Positions 52,143 through 64,000 of a stretch of DNA of 64,000 nt are shown piece after piece. The DNA is taken from NCBI RefSeq assembly GCF_006345805.1, contig NC_043015.1:13082001-13146000 (forward strand), read 5' to 3'. A model generated the notes under the pieces. The model was not told the DNA's origin, searched no databases, and worked only from the letters and a program-made list of their open reading frames with translations. The stretch comes from Octopus sinensis. Taxonomy: Eukaryota. Position numbers and translations under genes: made by a program. Numbering within the stretch: position 1 is the stretch's first letter; every line of letters starts with the position of its first letter.

Positions 52143-53207
52143 CAACACCAATGGTAAGTTTTGCCAATTGCTAAAGCTCATTCCCAAGCAAAGGATTTTA
52201 AAGAAATGTATCTTTTGTCTGAGACACATTTATAAAAGTCAATAAAATTTTTGCTTTTATTATTTGTCTTTTAACTCCACTGCAGGTTAATAGCTTTTAG
52301 TTTTTGGTCTGATTTAAGTTCCTCATTTATACAGTTAAATGGAGTTTGAAGGATTCTTAGTACTTTCACATTTTCACCATGATTGAGAAAATGGTGTTTT
52401 ACTCTAGCTTCAGACTAGCGAGACTGTTTAGAATGAATTCAAAAGGAAATGAAGAAACAGCTTCTTAGTTGTATTTGTCACAACAGAGAAAGTGTTTTAA
52501 GTTATTTATTATCAGACTGGAGTGTTAATAAATATATATATATATATATATATACATACATATACATGTGTGTGTATGTATTGACTATCTTTCACTGCAA
52601 AGTAATGTTTGCATATAAACTCAGACATGCCTTGTCACCTAAATTTAAGATTGAATTTATTAAGATGTACCATTCTGTCAGCTTAGAATGTTCATTTTCA
52701 CATTCATTTGCTCTTTTCAAGAAGTGGCTGAGCATGAGTTTTCTCATTCAAAAAACGTCAATATCCATCCAAAGTTTAAAAAAATCTTCTGATAAATTTA
52801 CTGCCACTAAGTCATCTTATAGCAGTGTGGTGGAGCAAATTACTATATTCAGCTTCTATTTCTTCCACAAATGCTTGAATGATTGAGTATATGCAATCAA
52901 ATAAAATTCATGACATGACTCCTTTCACACATCACAGATCTAAGTACTTTATAGTAAATGTTTGTTAAAGAAGAATGCTGTGAAACTATAGGTTTTGTAC
53001 CGCCTGTGCTGTTGTAAGAATTGTAGATTTGTTTAATGAAAACTTTGCCTGTATTACAAATGTTTTTGCTTCTATTAGTTGTATTACACTTTAGATGTTT
53101 CCAAATGAGATTGTATTTATCAATGTTTGCACTTCTCCACCTCATGGGAAATGTCATCATAAGTGCCTATGCATTTCCATGCAAACAGATTGTTTCTCTA
53201 AAGGATC

Positions 53208-53418
53208 AATCATCATCATTCTTTTAACATGCACTTTCCATGCTTGTCTGGATCATATGGAATTTGATGAGGTGTCATCCATTTTGAAGTAAGGTAGTAT
53301 TTCCCCATGACCAGACATGTTTTCATTGAAGATTGGAAATGAAGGAAGCTGCTTGTATGATGGTGAGACTTGCTTACAACTATCACGTGATGACTAGACA
53401 AGGAGACAGTACCTCCCA

Positions 53419-53464
<46 letters not shown>

Positions 53465-54150
53465 TCATCATCATCGTTTAATGTCCGTTTTCCATGCTAG
53501 CATGGGTTGGACGTTTTGACCAGGGTCTGGGAAGCCAGGAGGCTGCACCAGGCTCCAATCTGATCTGGCAGTGTTTCTACAGCTGGATGCCTTTCCTAAC
53601 GCCAACCACTCCGTGAGTGTAGTGGGGGCTTTTTATGTGCCAGGGGAGGCTAGCAACGACCACGATCAGTTGGTGCTTTTTACGTGCCACCTGCACAGAA
53701 GCCAGTCAAGGCGGCGCTGGCATCGACCATGTTCAGATGGTGCTTTTTACATGCCACCGGCACAGATATCACTGTTACAATTTCCATTTGATTTTTTGAT
53801 GTTGATGTACTTGACTCAATAGGTCTCTTCAAGCACAGCAGGTTGCCCTACGATCCAAGATAAGCACAGCAGGCTGTTCTGCGATCCAAGGCACTGCGGA
53901 TGGGCTGGGGCTTCTATGTGAAGCTGGTATATATATACATATATATATATATAATTCTTTTACTTGTTTCAGTCATTTGACTGTGACCATGCTGGAGCAC
54001 TGCTTTGGCTCCTTTCAGTTTCTATCTACCAAATCCAATCACAGGGTTTTAGTTAGCCTAGGGCTATAGTATAAGACACTTTCCAGTGCTATGCAATGGG
54101 ACTGAAACCCATAAAATTAGGAAGCAATGTAATTAGGAAGCCATGCCTGC
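53208..54150 (-). mobile_element. tRNA-SINE with a nested RTE-tail element (53466-53930)
   Basis: SINE tail 53208-53420, (CA)n, catcatcatcgtttaatgtccgttttccatgctagc..., head half at 54010-54150. Confidence 0.75.
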
Positions 54151-55531
54151 ACTTATATGGCAACATAAAATTGTCAGTTGTCTTTTAATTGAATAAGAGC
54201 CAGAGAAAACCACTGGAAATCTTATGCTTTATTGTTTAATTGGCATGGAACATTCTTTCCTAATGTCTTTGACTTGTCTGTGTTACTGTTCTTGCAGAAA
54301 GACTAATATTCTTAAATAGATATATTTTACTTCTTCAGCTGTTGCAAGATTTCATTTATCAATAAATTGCTTTTCTTCTCTTGTTAACAAATAAGCTACT
54401 ACAAACTAGTTTTAGTTGCAACTTCATTATTTCACCCAAGTGAAAAACAACTGCTGTGATAATATATTCTCCTTCAAGTGTTCATTATTTCTCATGGCAT
54501 AACTTTCTTGTTAGGTCAGAATAGTGGAATGAATGCTTCATTTGGTAATACCTACATTGTTTTTTTTGTTGTTGTTTATTCAACCAGGTTAGCCCTATGT
54601 CTGAAGGCATTCTAGCAATGACTGTGTGTTTTTGTATCTCAAAGACTATATTATCTAAGGTCGCTTTTACTAAAGAAGGTAGATGTGGTTTGAGAGAGGT
54701 CTGACTATTTCTTGCAGGTGAGTGACTGCATAGAAACTTCTTTGCCAGACTCTCTGTATTGAATTTCCAACTGAATGTCACCTTCCCAGAAATCTGTGAT
54801 AGCATAGAAAACATAGGATACTGCTCCTTATTCTCATATGCAAAAGAAATTGTTAATCAGGGAAATCACTTTAAATCATTGAAAATAATATTCCTACGTG
54901 TGTTTTTGATAATCTTAAGACTAAAATAAATCAAACATGTATGGATAATAGAAATGTTAAACAAACTCCTTCAATGTAACTTGTTCCAGCATTAGTTATG
55001 AACATTATCAAATTTTCTAACCTTATCCATTGTGTATGCATATAGTGTTATTGAACAATGAATAATCTAATAAGTTCTCTTGTAGAAACCAATATGAATC
55101 AATATTAATATGGTATGATCTGATTAACCAAAAATCATAAGGTTTATAACAAAAGAGAAAATGTTAAGTTTGGAAACAAGAAGATGTTTAATAATAAATT
55201 CTATGCTATTTAATCAAATTACAAAGAGAATGCAGGTGATAATTTGTTATATTAATGTTTTCACAATCTAACAAGAAATATTTAGAAAACCAATTCAGAA
55301 TAAATCCAATCATTTCTGAAGGAAGTACTATTATTTCAATCTTTCAGCAACGTTAATTTTTGCACAATTCATCTCGGTTGTTGTGTGTAGAACCAGTAGT
55401 GTTTAATCCAGTATTAAGATTAACCATTATAGGGATAAACATTTGCAAATTATTAATTTGAATTTAGGGGCAATGAAGAGCGCATATGAGGAACTGAAGA
55501 AGAATTAAAGTATATTTTCATAACGGGGATA

Positions 55532-56840
55532 CACGAGGGGGTAGTCATAAGTAACCGGAAACTTTCTCTGTGGGACAAGCTTGTTGTAGTTCAGGCTTCC
55601 ACTGCTAGAAGTTACTTGATGTGACCTTCAGGCATCAGTCTACTGATTGGCATTGTTGCGTGGAGTTGTAGTGTCATGTGGTGTGTTTTTGTTCTGCAGT
55701 GCTTCTGTTTGTCAATTTTTGCATTGGCTGAAATGAAATGACAGCATGTTTTCATGAAATTCTGTTTTCTGCCAGGGAAAATGGCTGTCAAAATAGTTCT
55801 CCTGCTTCATACAGCTTACAAGGATGCTGCCATGAACAAAAACACAAGTTTATGAGTGGTTTTTACTCTTTAGGAGTGATCACTTGTCGCTTGAAGACCA
55901 ACCTCATTCAGAGCTACTGTTGACCTCTCGAATTAATGAAAACATCATGAAAATTCATTAATTATCTTGGAAGACCATCGCCGAACAATTGATGAGCTTG
56001 TTGATATGACTGGTGTGTCCTGGAGCTCTTGCCAATGAATTTTGAGTGAGGAATTGCGAATGAAAAGAGTTGCAACAAAATCTGTGCCTCACTTGTTTAT
56101 GAAAGATCAAAAGTAGTCACAACTGAATGTGTGTCATGAACTGAAAGAACAGTTGGAAGTTGATTGAAACCATTTTTCGAAGGTCATCCCTGATGGTGAA
56201 AGCTGGTGCTATGGCTATGATCCAGAAATGGAGTAGCAATCAAGTCAAAGCAAGCATTCAATGTCACCACGCCCCCCCCCCCAGAGCGTCAAATGAAGTC
56301 CAATGTCAAGACAATGTTGATTTGTTTCATTGATGCAAAAGGAATTTTCTACACACAATTTGTTCCTCTTGGTCAAACTGTTAACCAGACATTTTTCTTG
56401 GCAGTTCTGAAGCATTTGTGAGACACAAGACAAAAATGCACCTGCCTGTAACAAAGTGGAGAGTGGTGGTTTCATTACGACAATGCATCTTTGCACACCC
56501 CTTTGAGTGTGAGACAGTTTTTGACCAAAAATGGCACCCTCCCTATTCACCTAGTCTTGCTCCTTGTGACTTTTTTTTTTTGTTCCTCCAAATGAAAAAG
56601 TCCTTAAAGGAAAACGTTTTGCAGATGTGGAAGAGGAGAAGAAAAAAAAATGACAGAGACATTAAAAGGTATTACTTCACAAGAATTCTAGGACTGCTTT
56701 GAACTGTGGAAAACACATCTGGACTGATGCATTGTTTCAAATGGAGAATACTTTGAAGATGATAAAAGTGTAAATATGTAAAACTAAGTGAATAAAATGA
56801 TATTGCCAAATTCTGGTTTCTTTTGGGTTACCCCTTCATA
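55532..56840 (+). mobile_element. Full-length (~1.3 kb) degenerate mariner
   Basis: TIRs cacgagggggtagtcataagtaaccggaa / ttctggtttcttttgggttaccccttcata; GESWCYGYDPE and HPPYSPSLAPCDFF; many stops. Confidence 0.9.
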
Positions 56841-57786
56841 AGAAGTTAGGAAATACATTACAAAATAGGTAAAACATTTTCCTAGATTTATTGGAATTAG
56901 TAAGCTGGCTCCTTCACATCTGAAAATTAGATTGAAGAATATCGACAAAAAACCAAAAAAAAAAACCAACAAAAAACAAAACTATATCTGTATATTCCTT
57001 AGGGTCTACTAGATTAGAGGTCAGCAAATTACAATCATTTATTTTGGCTTTCCTGCATATAAAATATTCTTTTGTGAGTAAACAATAAAATTTAGTATTG
57101 AAAAACAGAGCAAAAGCCCCACTTTTGAAGTGGTCTCATACGAATTAATATTAGTATATTAATAAAATAAAAAAATGAAAGTGAAATCTACTGGTAAAGT
57201 TTCCTCCTTTGTGGAATTTTAAACAGCAAATAAAATATTTTCACCTTCAGAAACTGCCTGATATACTGCCACAATATAGTTTACATGAGTCATTGATTCT
57301 AAGACAAGAGAGAATGTATCAAATGTTTACTTGTCTGTTGATGAAAACAGATAAATTGGCTGACACTATATTTACCCTGAAACAATTGCCTCTTTTCACC
57401 TGAGCTAAAAACATTTTAATCCATTACTGCATGCCATGTTATATATGACATGTACTGATTTATATACCATTAAATGTGTAATGGTTTCTCATTCAATAGG
57501 TGACAGTTTTAGTTTTTCACTGGTTCATATGGCACCCAGCAATTTGAGCTGCTATCCACTCTTTAGCTTTCTGCCATAATGTAGAGAACAGCACACTATT
57601 GAACTGACTACTTATCCATTCACATTTTCAGCTGCCTTAACAAGACGCATTTCATTTGAACGATAAGCAAAATTCCTGAATGACTTACTCTCAGGAGAGT
57701 TATGTTTATCAGCAAAACAATATCTGATTTCATTAATGCAAAAATATAAGCTCCTTACAACATGCTTCATATAAAGTTTTTATTAA

Positions 57787-57989
57787 TTCTTTTGTTACCA
57801 CACTTCTGTTTAAATGCATTGCCTTTGTTTCAATCAATTTTGAATATAATGAAGATTTTAGTAAAATAGGTATGGTGTTTGGAACATAAATTAACACCTG
57901 ATAGGAAAATTTAAATTAGATCACTTTAAAACGGAAAGTTTGTTTCATGAAATCCAAGGGCAGTCTCAGTTGGGTTAGTATCAAAAGAG
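57787..57989. mobile_element. Older piggyBac-type MITE, family of 49210-49430, opposite orientation
   Basis: ttaa-ttcttttgttacc...gggttagtatcaaaagag-ttaa; internal tttagtaaaata shared. Confidence 0.7.
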
Positions 57990-58639
57990 TTAATGAGATA
58001 ATTTGAAATGTGTTATATTTCTCTTCATAGTGTTAATTTTTAATCTATTTCCCTATTTTTTTTTTTGTGAATACATGCTGTTTAACTAAGGGGATAGTGT
58101 CCCTGAATTTATTAGTTTCCCCGCAGACAACAGAAGATAATGTTCTGTTGGAACTTTTGTAAGTAAAACCCGGGCAACAAGCAATCTCAACCTGTTAGAA
58201 ATAGCTGTTAAATCTCTCTCAAACTACATTTACCATTTTAAATGAAGGGCTCCTTAGATAAAGTAAGATGGTCATGGATGGAATGTTTTTATTCATAGGC
58301 CTCATCTGGGGGATAAGCAACTACAAGAACCAAGGCAGGCAGAGAAGAAATCCTAGTAAGCTATAGACCAGGGTGTTGTAAAGAGTTTTACCAGGATCCA
58401 AAGTGTGATATACAGTTGAGATAAGTATTGTGAGGATCAAGTGTGGAAGGTGAAGATGTAGGCCGCTGGCAAAGTTAGACGTCATTGTAGTAGTAGCAGA
58501 AAAAGCAGGAAGCTATTCCTTTTAAGCTTGTGTTTGTAGATGTGTGTGCACGTATGTGTGTGTGAAGCTTTTCCATCTAAGTCTTTTTTCTTTTTTAGTC
58601 ATCAGTACTGAAATGTAGATCACATCCAAGGATTTCTAG

Positions 58640-59800
58640 AGCTTGAAACTGATCACAGCTAAAGAAATTTCTGGCCCTGAATAGCATATGTAATCCTTGA
58701 GACAAGATGCAGTTTTAATAATGTTAAATAAATAAGAATACCACAAGGGATACAGATTAAGAGATTAATTATTTGTAATCACTTGAACTTTAGTTGTCTG
58801 TTGTTTATGTTTTGGGAGGTGTAGTGCTGGACTATTCCACTGATAAGTGTTGCATTTGTATCACTGTACTGCTGAAGAAATCTGTTATATTTACATGGGA
58901 GAATATTTTTGAGTTTTGTTTTCATGAAAGCAGTTTGAGTCTGGATTGATTACATATAGGACATAAGTAGATGGAAATTTAAGGAGTGTAATTTGATGCA
59001 ACAGTAAAACATTGTTATACAAAAGGAAATGGGTGAGAGATATAACTAAACCTGATGCAACTGAGTTGATAAAATGGGACTCAGTCCTGTCATTACACAT
59101 ACTGATGGATTGTGACAAAGTAGCTTGACAGGTTCTGGCCTACGAGTGGGCACCTTCATTAGAAAGTTTGCATGTCAGAAGCAGTTTTGCTTACATCAGG
59201 AGTTGTAATATCTTTACTTTTGCTGAAGAGCATGTTTTTAGCAGATCCGTTTCTATAGGAACCATGCTAGTCACAAAGAAGGAAGTTTGGAGGTGGTATC
59301 AGGCTGGAAATGAGTTAGCATTGTCAGAAGTTATTTTTCTTGAGAATGAGAAATTTTGAAATGATTGTGTGAATTGGAATATATCCATTTAGAGAAGGAT
59401 TAAGAGTTTGGCAAAGATAGAAGTGCATTGTTTGAAGTTAATGAAAAGAACACTAAAGACAGGTCAGTTTGCTGGGTGAGGTGATTAGAAGTTTCCACAT
59501 TTGGCAATTGTATGTATCTGGCTGTGGAACAAATAGATGGAGAAAGAAATTTGGGGAGGAGTTTTGTTTGTGCAAAATAGGTGGAAGTGAAACATGTGGC
59601 TCTATTATCAGTTATGTTGTTTACAGGGCCATTTTGGTTGAGGAATGGTTGATGGGAGGATTCAACGAAGCTGGTAGAGATCCTCTTAAGGATCAGAATG
59701 TATAGTTTTAATGTGGGAGGTAAAAGAGCTTGCTGTCCAAGTGATGGATGAAAGCATCCAATGGTTTCCTGATAGTAATTTTAGAGGTATTTTAGTGGTA
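58640..59800 (-). mobile_element. Probable very old LINE ORF2 remnant
   Basis: Minus strand has CR1/Jockey-like composition and scattered RT-like peptide fragments; no clear catalytic motif. Confidence 0.35.
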
Positions 59801-62800
59801 GGTAAAATCCTATCAATTAGTAATAGTAACTTCCTATAGTGAGTTCTAGTAATTAATTGTTCTATAATTGTATATCTTAAACCCTGTTTATATAAAATTT
59901 GCTATTGCTTTATTGTTTCTAAGTAAGCAGCATCAGTATGCCCACTCTTATTAATCTGTCTTTTTACAATTCTGTTTTGGTTTTATATTGCTTCAACCTC
60001 TTTGAGATATCTTGTCTAAATAACTAATCTTTAATCTCAACTAAAATCTTGTGTTGACTAACCTATCATCCTCACCCTCTATCATCAACTCCTTAGTTTA
60101 CTAAATTTCATTCTTGTCTTCAACTCTTATGTATCTCTATTCAAGTTTCCTATACCTTTATTTTATATTTATCCCTGCAATTATTGTACCATGTTCTTCC
60201 TCTGTTCATTTCTCCCTCTGTCTCCCTTGTTTCATTTATTTTCTATTCTCTCACTATAAATGCCTTCTCTTCTTTTAAGTTAAAATATAGAATCCAAGGA
60301 TTCTGTTTACTTCATGATAAAATATCAAAGAACTATCTTAAAACTAACATTGATACTATTGCAAAGACAGCTCAACTCTGGTAATCTGAATTGCAAATGA
60401 CAAGCGCAAGGCAAAGAAAGACATTCAGACCAGTAAAACATGATTTCAGGTGTTGGTGTCACAATAAAGTGCCATAGTCTTCCACTCATTTAAATCTTTG
60501 CTCATCTGTTGTCTCTTCTACTTCTCAAAGACCTCCAACCACTACTTCTTTTAACTGTCTCAGTCTGCATTGGGAGCACCTAAATCACCTCTCTCTCTCT
60601 AAATCTTCATTTTCGATATACATAATTCCTCTTGGTTCATGCATGCAATCTCACTTTAGTGTGGAAGCTAAATCATTTAATATTATGAACTGTCTTGCAT
60701 AAGTTAGTATCCAACCTACTTGTATCTCACCAATACTCTACAACTACTAGTGCACAGATGCTGATTCTTCTCTCTAGCTTTCATATTGCTATCAAAATGG
60801 CTTCTACTACTTCAAAATAACCAGCTACATATCTTGTTTCTCTTCTTGTCACCTCCCATATCCTGCTTTAATCATTTTAACTCATTTATTATTTCAAGAA
60901 TGGTTTCCATCTTCACCCACACATTTCTTGTGAATGCCAGCTCACGTTTGCTACCAAATGTAGTTATCATAGAATTGGTGAAGTTGTGACAAGTTAGCAG
61001 AGTTTAATAAGATTAAATGAACCATTTCTTGGTCAAACCATTTGTAGGTTGCAGAGTATATTAGACCTGGAGGTGATAAAAAAATGTCAAAGTTCTTCAG
61101 CCCTAGGTTACTCCTGAACAAGCACACCTATAATCAAATGCATTCTAGGTATGACTGTCCTGTCTGTTCTACATGCATAGTGCATTTAAGAATACATTAT
61201 CCAATGTATCCTTCAAGTTTTAAAAGGTCAGTGTGATTTGAGAGTTGAGAGACTATTTTTTAGCAGATCAAATGCCCTTCCTCCATCAGAAGCTTTTTGC
61301 TGTTTGGAGAGTTGAAGTGTTGGCAAGTGATGGGAGTAGATAAAGATATTGAGTTAGACCGTTCAGAATAGCAAACTGTATTCATCTGTGGCCACTGTGT
61401 GAGGATTGCTAATTGTAAGAAAAATTGTGTAGAAACGATGCCAAAGAAGGTACTAGAGCCAGAATTATTGGTATCAATTGTTACCAGCATTGAAGCAAGT
61501 GAGGTGACTTGTTGAGAGTAGATTGTGAATATGCAGAGATCACATTTCAAAAAGAAGCTGGATTGTAAAGCATAATCAGGAGTGTATATATGGATTAAAC
61601 AGAAAATGTGTCACACACAGAGAGATAGGACTTGTGGTTTGTGTGTTTGTAGTTAATGGTTGATAGGGTCAATGCTGGAAAGATATTGGCTGGAATTTTT
61701 TACATATGTCCCTTTGTACTGATGCGTGAGTGTTTGTGTGTTTTAAATAATTTATGGTGGATAATTTCATTTTTTGTATTTAAGGTCACAAGCTGGCAGA
61801 ATCATTAGTACTGGGGTCAATGTTACCAAATTACCCCTCCCCCAAAATTGCTGGCCTTGTGCCAAAATTTGAAACCGATATTTCACTTTTGCATTTGGTT
61901 TGCAAGGTTCTTGATGTGAATGTGTTTGTTGAAACAAAATTTGTTATAACTTTGGAGGAGCATCATGTCAATAATAAACACATGCACTGGTTCTGTTTTA
62001 CTTCTTTTATTAGTCAATTAGTTAATTAACTGATTGTTTGCTTAGTCAGCTACATTTACCAGGGATCTTCCATTGCCATTTGTGACCTTATTAATGACGT
62101 GTCCTCTCTACTTCAAATCTACTCTATAACTCTGTTTATTTATGGCATAATGACCCTCCCAAGATACAATAAAATGTTGCAATATGTGTGGACATGTCAG
62201 TGTGTATATGTAGTTTAACATCTAAAAATTACTATTGGCTGTTATTTGTAATTTAAATTATTCAAAATCTTTCTCAATAAAGAAATCTTAAACAATTTAT
62301 ATTTAATAATCAAAATAACAGTTGATAATCAAGAAAACCACAAATTATTCAAAACTCTTGCTTTTGCTAATTATCTATTATTGCTTCACTGACTATCTAA
62401 TGGTAATGTAAATGAAATATTAAGTTTTAGATCTTTAGAAATAGGCTCATTTTCTATTTCAATCCAATACTTAATTGCATTCCTATCTTTTAAGCCTGGT
62501 ATTGAGATGAATTTGTAATGTGCAAGTAACTATGGTTATTGAGATCGGAATAGCATAGCAAGTGAGGTTAAAGGTTTAATATGGTGAATGAGGCTAAGAA
62601 TGTAACAAAACAAGTGAAGCTGGTAGTTAGTGTGGCAATCGAGGCTAAAAAAAATTTTTTTTATAAAATAAAGCTGTCTTATCAAAAATGCTATTCACTA
62701 TCTTCAAGTAACAAATATATATCTTTTGCAAATTAGATTAAAAGGATTTGTAGAAACTAAACACTGTAAAAGAATTAATTAGATATGAGACAAATATGAT

Positions 62801-63854
62801 TGATAGTGAAAATATTTTAGAATAGATTTGCAAATGGTTTTGTCTGGCAAGGTGTTTAAAATACTAGTGAAGAAATTATTGTGCTTGTCATTGTGAATGA
62901 AATTAGCAACTTGATCTATAGTTCAAGATTTTCACAGCCTGTTTGTTTCTTTGTGGTGGAGTTAAAAACATATAAAACAACCAAACCTATGTTTTCATTC
63001 ACAAAATCTATTGGTAACCATACATCTGCAGTCATGTAGGTGGCCTGAGAATCAATCGTTCTTGCCCACATCAAATCTCCCATGTGCCTCCATCAATGAA
63101 TAAACTATGGAAGTGATGGGATTTATTTTTGCATGTGCATATGATATGCTTACCACTGCAGTGAAAGTTCCATCACCTGTTTGTTTTTCCAAGGAGTTTG
63201 CACTGGACTCAGATTATAGTGAGAGTGGATTGATCACCCACACTTTCTCAGCTCTCACTTCCTATATCACTGGCAAGAGAGTGAGAGAAGGTTCCCAAGG
63301 ATGTAGTGGAAAGGGCCAGGGAAATGTATATGTTTCACTGTACTCTGAGTTATGTATCCTACAGCTGTTGGATATAACCCTGCTACCTGTTAAAATTTGA
63401 CCCCTGATTGTTGAGTTTCCTTCAAATATGTAGGGTAAAAAGCTATTAAAACAATTCTACCTTATATTTAAAACTTAATGGCTACTATCAACCTGGTTTT
63501 GGTGGCCTGCCAATGCCATTGCCTAGGAGAGGTGCACTGCTGCATGCAGACCGTTCATTGAACTACAGGTTAAAGTTTGGGGCCAAGTGGAAGTCAGTGG
63601 TAGATGAACCCTCTTGGAAAGAAACTGGTAACATCCCTACCAAAAATACTGCTCCTAGTTCAAAAAAACCATATATACAGTGTGATGTATCTAGTTAAAT
63701 ATGTATACCATATTTCTGGGAGTATTGTGATCTTTGCTAGTTAGGTTCAGAGTAAGGCTGGGGTTGTTGAATTACATGTTTTATGGATGTATCTAGTTAA
63801 AATATGTAAGTCGTTTTCTGGAAATATTTTGTTTTGTGTGTTTGGTATCTGTTC

Positions 63855-64000
63855 TTAATTACCTCCACCGTAGCAAAGGCAGAGGTATTGTTTTCAGTTG
63901 TGTTTGTCCATGGACAAGATATCACAAGAACCGCTGGATGGATTCAGATGAAACTTTCAGGGATATTTGGCCTTATGACTGACAGGAACTGGTTAGATTT
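63855..64000 (+). mobile_element. 5' end of a Helentron-associated non-autonomous element (HINE/DINE-like), cut by window edge
   Basis: ttaattacctcc...gaggtattgttttc...gtttgtcc...ggatggattcagatgaaacttt matches the subterminal hairpin and core of this class. Confidence 0.7.

Larger units (their letters stand above)
51170..54560 (-). pseudogene. Fragmented hAT transposase (Charlie/SPIN/GTF2IRD2-like) interrupted by SINEs
   Basis: In minus-strand order: RYYQMKH, SQQLFF, LFKNISLSARTV, DFQWFSLAL, WKHLKCNTT, QAFVEEIEAEYSNLLHHTAIR*LS, HLNKFNLK, QTPFNC, KYIKSIYKS. Confidence 0.82.

Noticed and set aside
63685-63830. Short diverged direct repeat gatgtatctagttaaa, period about 100 bp (similar small duplication at 2834/2912)
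   Set aside because: Two copies only; ordinary local duplication.

Overview
AT-rich, repeat-dense eukaryotic DNA. The SINE families, the RTE-type (ATG)n tails and the microsatellite load point to an octopus (coleoid cephalopod) genome; that is inferred from my recall of these repeat families, not from a database search. No multi-exon gene is visible. One clean 39-nt + strand exon candidate (45152-45190) suggests the window is mostly intron of a large gene. Nearly all listed ORFs are spurious or TE debris. Recognisable elements: a Naiad-like Penelope element (RT + GIY-YIG + hammerhead motif), a Neptune-like GIY-YIG ORF inside inverted repeats, several mariner relics, a fragmented hAT transposase, RTE LINE pieces with tandemly amplified 3' UTRs, piggyBac and hAT MITEs, a Helentron-type end and many tRNA-SINEs. 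The most unusual items are (1) a head-to-head palindrome of a tRNA-headed element carrying a hammerhead ribozyme, (2) a U6 snRNA copy joined to a bipartite RTE inside a candidate TSD, (3) an uninterrupted GIY-YIG ORF whose ATG comes from an inverted repeat, and (4) several long local inverted duplications that could form dsRNA. Coordinates were read by eye and may be off by a few bases; identities are visual estimates.
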